From: Alphaproteobacteria bacterium
GTDB lineage: Bacteria; Pseudomonadota; Alphaproteobacteria; JALCBB01
Reading direction: 5' to 3'
Assembly: GCA_028066985.1 (NCBI GenBank)
Contig: JALCBB010000003.1
Location: forward strand, 1-39,759
Length of the DNA stretch: 39,759 nucleotides
This document shows, piece after piece, positions 32,838-39,759 of the stretch (within the stretch, counting starts at the first letter, position 1; every line of letters begins with the position of its first letter). The translations under genes were made by a program, and so were the position numbers. Below the pieces are notes generated by a model. It made no database searches. It was not told the DNA's origin and saw nothing but the letters and a program-made list of their open reading frames with translations.

Positions 32838-33676
32838 TTGACCGCTCCCATCGTGATGCCGCGGATCAGTTGCCGCGAGAAGATCACATAGAGCGCGAGC
32901 ACCGGCAGTATCGCCATGCTGAGCGCGGCGAGGACGGCGTTCCAGTCGGTGACGAATTGTCCGATGAAGACCTGGCTGCCGAGGGTGAGGGTTTTGGTTT
33001 CGTCGGAGGGCGCGAGGATGAGCGGAAACCAGAGGTCGTTCCAGATCGGAATCATATTGAAAACCGCGACCGTCGCCAGCGCCGGACGCACGAGCGGCAG
33101 CACGAGGCGGAAGAAGATCGTGTATTCGCTGAGTCCGTCTATTCTGCCGGCGTTTTTGAGGTCGTTTGAGACCTGGCGCATGAATTCGCTGAGAATGAAG
33201 ACGGCGAGCGGCAGTCCCTGGGCGGTGTAGACGAGGATGAGCGCCCAGAGGGTGTTGACGAGTCCGGTCGCGACCATCATTTCAAGGATGGCGACGGTGC
33301 CGATGCGTATCGGAATCATGATGCCGAGGGCGAGGTAGAGTCCCATGAGCGTGTTGCCGCGGAAGCGGTATTCGCTGAGCGCGAACGCCGCCATTGCTCC
33401 GAAGAGCAGAATGAAAAACAGCGAGGCGACGGTGACGATCATGCTGTTCTGAAAGTAGAGGAAGAAGTCGCCCTGTTTGAAGACGGTGTTGTATCCGACG
33501 AGCGAGAAGGTGTCGGCGTTCGGGAGATCCAGGGGGTCGCGGAAAATCGCTTTGCGCGACTTGAAACTGTTGATGACGATGACGAAGACGGGAAAGAGCG
33601 CGATGAGGGTGTAGATCACGAGCGCGCCGTGGACGAGCGCGGCGTTGAGCGGGTTGGCGCGGACTTTCTTCTGCAT
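32834..33676 (-). CDS. Carbohydrate ABC transporter permease (MalG/UgpE-like)
   Basis: Six TM segments and an EAA-type loop (GRIDGLSEYTIFFRLVLPLVRPAL). Confidence 0.85.
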   Translation of the reverse strand: MQKKVRANPLNAALVHGALVIYTLIALFPVFVIVINSFKSRKAIFRDPLDLPNADTFSLVGYNTVFKQGDFFLYFQNSMIVTVASLFFILLFGAMAAFALSEYRFRGNTLMGLYLALGIMIPIRIGTVAILEMMVATGLVNTLWALILVYTAQGLPLAVFILSEFMRQVSNDLKNAGRIDGLSEYTIFFRLVLPLVRPALATVAVFNMIPIWNDLWFPLILAPSDETKTLTLGSQVFIGQFVTDWNAVLAALSMAILPVLALYVIFSRQLIRGITMGAVK

Positions 33677-33781
33677 TTTTCGTCTGTTTTTGTCTTTGCG
33701 TTCGCGTTTGTTGTCCGGAGAGGCGGGGGAGGCGATTTGTTCAGAGGGCTGGAGCGACGGTGACGGCGACGGTGTCGGGTT

Positions 33782-34699
33782 TCACATCTGGTAGCGGCGG
33801 AGGCGGGTCTGGATTCCGAAGAGGTAGATGCAGACGCCGACGAGGATGATGGCGAACATCGCGCTTGCGACGGCGGAGCCCATATGCGGGTCGCCGAGTT
33901 GCAGTTGGAAGCCGAAGAAGGTGCGATACATGAAGGTGCCGAGGAGGTCGGTGGAGAAGTTTGGTCCGGCGAGGGCGCCCTGGGCGGCGTAGACGAGGTC
34001 AAAGGCGTTGAAGTTGCCGACGAAGGTGAGGATTGAGATGATGCCGATGGACGGCAGGATGAGCGGCAGTTTGATTTTCCAGAAGGCGGAGGCGCCGGTG
34101 ATGCCGTCTATTTCGCCGGACTGCAGGATTTCTTCGGGGATGGAGAGCAGCGCGGCGTAGATCAGCATCATCGGAATGCCGACGAACTGCCAGACCGAGA
34201 TCAGGGCGAGGGTGGTGAGGGCGTATTCTTCTTTGCCGAGCCAGGGCGCGAAGAGGAACTTGAGGCCGACGGCGTCAAGGAGCGAGGGGGTGACTCCCCA
34301 GATGGGGGAGAGGATGAGTTTCCAGGCGAAGCCGACGATGACGAAACTCAGAATCGCGGGGATGAAGATCGCCGAGCGGTAGAGGGCGGCGAAGCGCAGG
34401 CGCGGGTGGCTGAGGATGGCGGCGAGGGCGATGCCGATCGGGTTCTGGACGAGCATGTGGATGACGAAGAACCAGAAGTTGTTGGCGAGGGCGTTCCAGA
34501 ACTGGTCTGCCCAGACGGGTTCGGTGAAGAGGCGGCGGTAGTTGTCTATGCCGATGAAGACGCGTTCCTGGTCAATGCGGGTGTAGAGTGCGAGGACGAG
34601 GGTGTTGAAGAGGGGGAAGATCATGACGGTTGAGTAGACGAGGACGGCGGGCGCGAGGAAGACGACGGCGTGCCATCGGATGCGCGGGGGTTTTTTCAT
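33782..34699 (-). CDS. Carbohydrate ABC transporter permease (MalF/UgpA-like)
   Basis: Multi-TM with an EAA loop (GEIDGITGASAFWKIKLPLILPSI). Confidence 0.85.
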   Translation of the reverse strand: MKKPPRIRWHAVVFLAPAVLVYSTVMIFPLFNTLVLALYTRIDQERVFIGIDNYRRLFTEPVWADQFWNALANNFWFFVIHMLVQNPIGIALAAILSHPRLRFAALYRSAIFIPAILSFVIVGFAWKLILSPIWGVTPSLLDAVGLKFLFAPWLGKEEYALTTLALISVWQFVGIPMMLIYAALLSIPEEILQSGEIDGITGASAFWKIKLPLILPSIGIISILTFVGNFNAFDLVYAAQGALAGPNFSTDLLGTFMYRTFFGFQLQLGDPHMGSAVASAMFAIILVGVCIYLFGIQTRLRRYQM

Positions 34700-34744
34700 C
34701 GGACTTGGGCGGTCTGAATTGTCATACGGACGACGGGAAGGCGC

Positions 34745-35090
34745 CGGCGAAGCGGGCGCTTGACCCGTCCATTGTCATTTATTAACGACAAGAGACGGCG
34801 ACAAAGCACATTGCGTGATTGTCCATTGTCATCCATTAATAATGACGACAGGCGACGGCGAAGCGGGCGCTTGACCCGTCCATTGTCATCTTTAACGGCG
34901 ACGGTGACGGCGACAGGGCAGGGCGCGTAATTGTCAATCGCCGTCTTAAGTCCGGCGCCGTTACCGGGGACAATGAAAGGGCGATGACGAAGCGCGGCGC
35001 GCAGTCGTCCATTGCCGGTCTTTGTTAAAAGAGTTCGCATGACAATTCAGGGAAGCACGGCGCGTAATTGTCCGTTGTTCTCTTTAATAA
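34745..35090. repeat. Cluster of (C)CATTGTCAT / GTAATTGTC motifs and degenerate outer-motif copies between the permease gene and murQ
   Basis: The 34-mer CGGCGAAGCGGGCGCTTGACCCGTCCATTGTCAT occurs twice (34745-34778, 34856-34889). CCATTGTCAT also occurs at 34823-34832. GGCGCGTAATTGTC occurs twice (34922-34935, 35059-35072). Each is followed by TTTAA/TTAATAA-type motifs. The last copy forms the murQ C-terminal codons. Confidence 0.8.
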
Positions 35091-35925
35091 GAGCGTCCGC
35101 CGCCTCAACACTCAGACCGCGCGACACCATCACCGCCGCGACCTTTATATCATCCGCCGCGTCCTCTAACGCCGCCGCCGCGACAGACTCGGATACATTC
35201 CCGATCTCGCCGACAATCCGCGTCGCCCGATGTTTCAGTTTGTCATTGCCAGGACGCATGTTCACCATCATTCCGTCATATATATGACCCAGACGCAAAC
35301 CCATCAAAGTAGACAGCATGTTCAGCGCGATCTTCTGCGCCGTGCCCGCGCCCATCCGCGTAGAACCGCTCACCAGTTCCGGCGGCGTCTCCAGAAGCAC
35401 GGCGTGATCGCTCGCCAACAGAAGCGGCGACCCCGCATTGTTCGCAACGCCAATCACCGCCGCGCCCCGCGACCGCGACACCTCCGCCGCCGTCACCGTG
35501 AACGGAGTGCCGCCGCTCGCCGCGACCGCAATCACCGTGTCGCCCGAAGACACCCGCGAAAGTTTCGCCTCCGCCTCGTCCGTGTCGTCGTCAGACGCCG
35601 CCGAAGTCACCGGCGAAGTCGGCACGCCGCCCGCCATCACAATGCGGATGCGCTCGCTCGCGACGCCGAAAGTGCTGCCGAGTTCCATCGCGTCCATCGC
35701 CGCCAGCATTCCGGACGCGCCCGAACCGACATACCACAACACGCCGCCCGCCCGCAAAGTCGCCGCCATCGCCTCCGAGCCCGCGCAGATCGCGCGCAAA
35801 GTCTCCTCGTTGAGAAGAGACTTCGCCGCCTCTATCTGCGCGTCTCTCAGAAGCGCCGCGACCTCGGCGACCGGCAAGGCGTCAAGCCCCGCCGCCGCGT
35901 CATGCAGCCGCTCCGTGTTGCCCAT
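35047..35925 (-). CDS. murQ: N-acetylmuramic acid 6-phosphate etherase-like SIS protein
   Basis: Single SIS domain (YVGSGASGMLA...), ~292 aa, in a GlcNAc/MurNAc gene context. Start moved to ATG 35925 (MGNTERL...), 30 nt after the upstream stop. Confidence 0.65.
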   Translation of the reverse strand: MGNTERLHDAAAGLDALPVAEVAALLRDAQIEAAKSLLNEETLRAICAGSEAMAATLRAGGVLWYVGSGASGMLAAMDAMELGSTFGVASERIRIVMAGGVPTSPVTSAASDDDTDEAEAKLSRVSSGDTVIAVAASGGTPFTVTAAEVSRSRGAAVIGVANNAGSPLLLASDHAVLLETPPELVSGSTRMGAGTAQKIALNMLSTLMGLRLGHIYDGMMVNMRPGNDKLKHRATRIVGEIGNVSESVAAAALEDAADDIKVAAVMVSRGLSVEAADALIKENNGQLRAVLP

Positions 35926-35954
35926 AGCGGACGACAGCCCGCGCCGCCAGCGCG

Positions 35955-37223
35955 CTACTGCTGCGGGCCGTACCAGGACGCGAGGCCTTCCTGCAACTTC
36001 TGTCCGAGTTCCTGCGGGGACGATGTTCCCTTGATCGCCGCAACCGACGCGCCCCATGTCTCGTTCTCAAGATTAGGCGTGCCGCGCGACAGAATCTGAT
36101 AGGTAGAACGAATCGTCGACTCGCACTGACCGCGCCAGCCGATAAACTCGCGCGCAAGCGGATCCTCAAGCGTGACCGGAGTCTTTGACAACGGAAAGAA
36201 ACCGGGCAAAGCATTGCCGAAAATGCTCGCGAACTCCGGCGACGCCACCCACGCGAGGAATGTGCGCGCCGCGTCCGCGTTCGGAGTCGCCACATTCATT
36301 CCGATGCCGATGTCCGTGTGATCGGAAATGTAACAGGTGTCGCCCGCGTTACGCACGGGAGGCCGGAACGCTCCCATCTCAAACTCGGCCTGCGCGTTGA
36401 AACCGGAAATCTCCCAGCTGCCGGCGGGATAAATCGCCGCGCGTCCGAGCGTGAAAAGATTCTTACTGTCGGGATAGGTCTGCGCCTCGTAACCGTCGCC
36501 GAGATATTCGCCCCAGCGCGCGAGCGTCGCGTAAGGCTCCACCCACTGCGAGTCGGTCAACTTCTGCGAGCCGTCAATCAGACCAAGACGACCCTCCTCG
36601 CCGCGCCAGTAGTTGGGGCCGATGTTGTTGTAGCCCATCGTCGCGGCTTCCCACTGATCGTTGGTGCCCATCGCCATCGGAATGTACGAACCGTCAGCCT
36701 TGATCGCGTCAAGCGCGGCGAAAAACTCGGCCTCGGTCTGCGGCACCGAAATACCGAGTTCGTCAAAGGCGTCCCTGTTGTAGATGAAGCCGTGAATCAC
36801 CGACGCCATCGGAACACAGAAAGTCGCGGAACCATCGTCAGTCTGCCACGCCGACTTCGCAACATCGGAGAAATTAGACATCGCCGACATGTCGTCAAGG
36901 TCGGCCAGATGTCCAGCCTCATAAAGAGCCAGAGAAACGTCAAACGGACGACAGGTTATCAGGTCGCCCGCGGCGCCCGCCTCCAGTTTCGCGTTGAGCG
37001 CGGCGTTGTACTCGGTCGGCGCGGTCGGCGAGAAGGTCACGCTGATGCCGGGATTTTCCGCCTCAAACGCCGGAATGATCTCGTTCTGCCAGAGCGCGAG
37101 GTCGTCGTTGCGCCACGACTCGATGATCAACTCCTGCGCGGACGCCGGCGCCGGCGCCGTCAGGGTCAAGGTGAAGGCGAGAGCGATCGCGCCCGCCGAA
37201 AAAATGAAGAAACTGCTCCGCAT
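35955..37223 (-). CDS. ABC transporter extracellular solute-binding protein (family 1, sugar-type)
   Basis: Signal peptide MRSSFFIFSAGAIALAFTLTLTAPAPASAQE, 422 aa, first gene of the transporter operon. Confidence 0.8.
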   Translation of the reverse strand: MRSSFFIFSAGAIALAFTLTLTAPAPASAQELIIESWRNDDLALWQNEIIPAFEAENPGISVTFSPTAPTEYNAALNAKLEAGAAGDLITCRPFDVSLALYEAGHLADLDDMSAMSNFSDVAKSAWQTDDGSATFCVPMASVIHGFIYNRDAFDELGISVPQTEAEFFAALDAIKADGSYIPMAMGTNDQWEAATMGYNNIGPNYWRGEEGRLGLIDGSQKLTDSQWVEPYATLARWGEYLGDGYEAQTYPDSKNLFTLGRAAIYPAGSWEISGFNAQAEFEMGAFRPPVRNAGDTCYISDHTDIGIGMNVATPNADAARTFLAWVASPEFASIFGNALPGFFPLSKTPVTLEDPLAREFIGWRGQCESTIRSTYQILSRGTPNLENETWGASVAAIKGTSSPQELGQKLQEGLASWYGPQQ

Positions 37224-37371
37224 CGGAAATCCTCCCTTGCTGCGTTTGTCGCCGGACGCCCGCGCGTCCGCGATGCTTTAATATAGCGCGTCAGACACAT
37301 TAACACAGCACCCTTTTTCTGTTAACCTGTCAGATAAGCGAATATCCCCTGAATTCAAGCGCTTCCGCCCG

Positions 37372-38403
37372 ATGCCCGACACGCCGACACAGATGAAACG
37401 CGAAATTGACGAGATTCCGCGCGCGCTCCAGAACCTGCTCGCGCACGGCAGGGACGACATCACCAGCGCCGCCGCCGCCGCGAAAAATGCGCGCGGATTC
37501 GCGTCCGCGGCGCGGGGGTCGTCGGATCACGCATGCGCCGCGCTCAAATACACCGCCGAAATCCTCTCAGGACAAACAATGACATCGCTCGCGCCGTCGG
37601 TCGTCTCGCTCTACGGCAAAGAACTCAAACTCAACGGCGCGCTCTGCCTCGCCGTCTCGCAGTCAGGACAAAGCCCCGACATCGTGCAGACCGCGCAAGC
37701 CGCAGTCGCCGGCGGCGCCTTCACCGTCGCGCTCACCAATAACACGGAGTCGCCGCTCGCGGGGGCGGCGTCCGCCGTTGTCGGGATACGGGCGGGCGAG
37801 GAACACGGCGTCGCCGCGACAAAAACTTTCGTCAACTCGCTCGTCGCCGGACTCTGGCTGCTCGCCGAAATGCACGGCGACAAAAAACTGCTCGCCGCGA
37901 TCCAGAACCTGCCCGACTTCCTGCACGAGGCGACACTCTGCGACTGGACAGACGCCGCCTCCTTCATCGCCGACACTGACGCGCCCTCGCTCTTCACACT
38001 CGGACGCGGCGCCTCGTACGGCATCGCTCTGGAAGCCGCGCTCAAATTCAAAGAAGTTTGCCGACTTCACGCGGAAGGATACTCGTCGGCGGAAGTGCTG
38101 CACGGCCCCGTGTCGCTCGTGGGCGACGGCTTTCCCGTGGTCGCCTTCGCGGCGGCGGACGCGGCGGAGACAGCGCTCGCGCAGGTCGCCGACAAACTCG
38201 CCGAGCGCGGCGCGCGCGTCTTCGCGACAACTTCACGGGCGCGGCGGGCGTCGGCGCTGCCGCATGTGCGGACGGCGCATCCGATGACAGATCCGGTGGC
38301 GGCGGTCGTGTCGTTCTACGGAATGGCGGAGCGCGTCGCCGTCCTGCGCGGCGTTGATCCGGACGCGCCGCGGCACCTGCAAAAGGTGACGGAAACACTG
38401 TGA
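37372..38403 (+). CDS. SIS-domain sugar-phosphate isomerase/deaminase (GlmS C-terminal-like; NagB-II/AgaS type)
   Basis: Two SIS modules (GSSDHAC..., AVSQSGQSPDIV). No glutaminase domain. Its stop overlaps the nagA start (GTGA). Confidence 0.75.
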   Translation: MPDTPTQMKREIDEIPRALQNLLAHGRDDITSAAAAAKNARGFASAARGSSDHACAALKYTAEILSGQTMTSLAPSVVSLYGKELKLNGALCLAVSQSGQSPDIVQTAQAAVAGGAFTVALTNNTESPLAGAASAVVGIRAGEEHGVAATKTFVNSLVAGLWLLAEMHGDKKLLAAIQNLPDFLHEATLCDWTDAASFIADTDAPSLFTLGRGASYGIALEAALKFKEVCRLHAEGYSSAEVLHGPVSLVGDGFPVVAFAAADAAETALAQVADKLAERGARVFATTSRARRASALPHVRTAHPMTDPVAAVVSFYGMAERVAVLRGVDPDAPRHLQKVTETL

Positions 38404-39518
38404 GCGCGCGCACGGTCATCTACGGCGGCGGACGCATCTTTGACGGCGAGACGCTGCACGAGCAGAGCGCGGCGCGTTTTGAAAACGGAATGTTGTCGGC
38501 GATTTTGCCTGAGGGCGCGGCGGGTGTCGGTGTCGGCGACGGCGACTATGTGAATCTGCGCGGCGACATTCTGAGCGCGGGCTTTGTTGACCTTCAGGTC
38601 AACGGCGGCGGCGGAGTGATGTTCGGCGATGCTCCGAGCGTTGAGACGCTGGAGCGTGTCGCGGCGGCGCATCGCGGTCTCGGCGTGGCGAAGTTTCTGC
38701 CGACGCTGACGAGCGACATTCCCGAGAAGACGCGGCTGGCGGTGTCGGCGGTGCGCGAGGCGGTCGCGGCGGGAGTCACGGGCGTCGGCGGGCTGCATCT
38801 TGAGGGACCGCATTTGTCGGTTGAGAAGCGCGGGGCGCACGGCGCGGAGTTTATTCGTCCGATGACGGACGCGGATCTGGCGCTGCTGTTGTCGGCGGCG
38901 GCGGAGTTGCCGATGTTGATGGTGACGGTCGCGCCGGAGGGTGTTTCGCGCGAGCAGGTGGGGGCGTTGTCGGCGGCGGGGGCGGTGGTTTCGCTGGGGC
39001 ATACGGCGGCGGACTTTGCGACTTGCATGTCGTATGTGGAGGCGGGCGCGCGGTGTGTGACGCATTTATTTAACGCGATGAGTTTGCTGGGGTCGCGCGA
39101 GCCTGGTTTGGTCGGGGCGGCGTTGTGTTCGGGGCGTTTGTCGGCGGGTTTGATAGGGGATGGTGTGCATGTGCATCCGGAGGTTGTGGGGGCGGCGTGG
39201 CGTGCGAAGCGGGGTCCGGGGGGAATATTTCTGGTGAGTGATGCGATGGCGGTGGCGGGGAGTGATTTGACTGAGTTTGATTTTGGGGGGCGGACGGTCA
39301 AGCGTGGCGGGGGGCGTTTGACTTTGGCGGATGGGACGCTGGCGGGTGCGGATGTGGATTTGGGGGATTCGGTGCGGTTTTTGGCGGAGGAGGTTGGGGT
39401 GGATTTGTGCGAGGCTTTACGGGCGGTGACGGTGGTGCCGGCGGCTTTTGCGCCTGATGTTCTGGGCGGACGGCTGGCTCGTTTGGACGAAGTGGCTGTA
39501 TTAAAGGCGCCGAATTAG
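38400..39518 (+). CDS. nagA: N-acetylglucosamine-6-phosphate deacetylase
   Basis: GFVDLQVNGGGG, HLEGPHLS and THLFNAM motifs of the amidohydrolase NagA family. GTG start. Confidence 0.9.
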   Translation: MSARTVIYGGGRIFDGETLHEQSAARFENGMLSAILPEGAAGVGVGDGDYVNLRGDILSAGFVDLQVNGGGGVMFGDAPSVETLERVAAAHRGLGVAKFLPTLTSDIPEKTRLAVSAVREAVAAGVTGVGGLHLEGPHLSVEKRGAHGAEFIRPMTDADLALLLSAAAELPMLMVTVAPEGVSREQVGALSAAGAVVSLGHTAADFATCMSYVEAGARCVTHLFNAMSLLGSREPGLVGAALCSGRLSAGLIGDGVHVHPEVVGAAWRAKRGPGGIFLVSDAMAVAGSDLTEFDFGGRTVKRGGGRLTLADGTLAGADVDLGDSVRFLAEEVGVDLCEALRAVTVVPAAFAPDVLGGRLARLDEVAVLKAPN

Positions 39519-39759
39519 TCAACAGACAAAGAACCGCCCTTGGCATTAGTAAGACTTTGACCAAGACATTCACGATGTTGGCTCAAGCGAGCGATGCCAA
39601 CTGATGCCCGCAGGCGCTGCCTGCAAAAAAATTAAATTAAAAAGGAATTAATTTATTTAATTGACCCCATTAATTGTCTTATTAATAATTAACAGAATGA
39701 ATCTCTTTTTAACACATTAATTGTCTATTATTTAATTAATGAAAAACAATTTATTTAAT
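39519..39759. repeat. Composite palindromic intergenic element, copy E8 (left arm + AT-rich core; truncated by window end)
   Basis: The nagA stop TAG is followed directly by TCAACAGACAAAGAAC (outer motif, reverse orientation). Then CTTGGCATTAGTAAG..., hairpin GCAGGCGCTGCCTGC (39610-39624), an A-run, and a core with CATTAATTGTCT boxes and AACAATTTATTTAAT. Confidence 0.85.

Noticed and set aside
1-39759. CRISPR array interpretation of the recurring elements.
   Set aside because: There are no short constant-length direct repeats separated by unique spacers. The repeats are 100-400 bp, palindromic, dispersed between genes and in both orientations. No cas genes are present.
1-39759. Explaining the skew sawtooth by replication skew plus multiple inversions between the palindromic elements.
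   Set aside because: Inversions would place sign changes only at elements and with either polarity. Here every element shows the same G-to-C polarity, and the opposite changes lie inside intact, collinear genes (glmS, the asmA-like gene, the NifS-like gene), which cannot be inversion endpoints.
1-39759. Explaining the skew by transcription or coding-strand bias.
   Set aside because: The sign changes within single ORFs. In addition, the first halves of + strand genes (sel1 4231-4830, glmS 5' half) are C-rich on their coding strand, while their 3' halves are G-rich.

Overview
High-GC bacterial chromosomal segment; the gene content looks proteobacterial, possibly alphaproteobacterial, but that is inference only. 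All calls come from reading the sequence and the ORF track. No searches were run, and start codons and repeat boundaries are approximate.

Gene content:
- Housekeeping genes: uvrC, glmS, glmU, a large AsmA/YhdP-like envelope protein, tyrS, an alpha/beta hydrolase, a NifS-like cysteine desulfurase and mnmA.
- Two Sel1-repeat proteins.
- A GlcNAc/MurNAc-type catabolic and ABC-transport cluster (30.8-39.5 kb).
- An ~11.5 kb restriction-modification island (19.2-30.8 kb) with a Type III mod-res pair and a ~1620-aa single-polypeptide Type ISP-like nuclease-helicase-methyltransferase. The two are transcribed outward from a small tRNA-Met(CAU)+cupin block. The island is bracketed by nested inverted repeats: outer 123 bp, inner 258 bp with a single mismatch.

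Unusual non-coding architecture:
1. Eight copies of a ~270-400 bp composite palindromic element sit directly against gene ends. Each has GC-rich structured arms around an extremely AT-rich core.
2. A short motif, CCTTC(A/G)TTGTC, is shared by the element termini, two tandem arrays (one translated in-frame inside the asmA-like gene) and a motif cluster inside the sugar operon.
3. A kilobase-scale sawtooth of strand composition resets at exactly these elements and reverses inside intact genes. The RM genes do not follow it.
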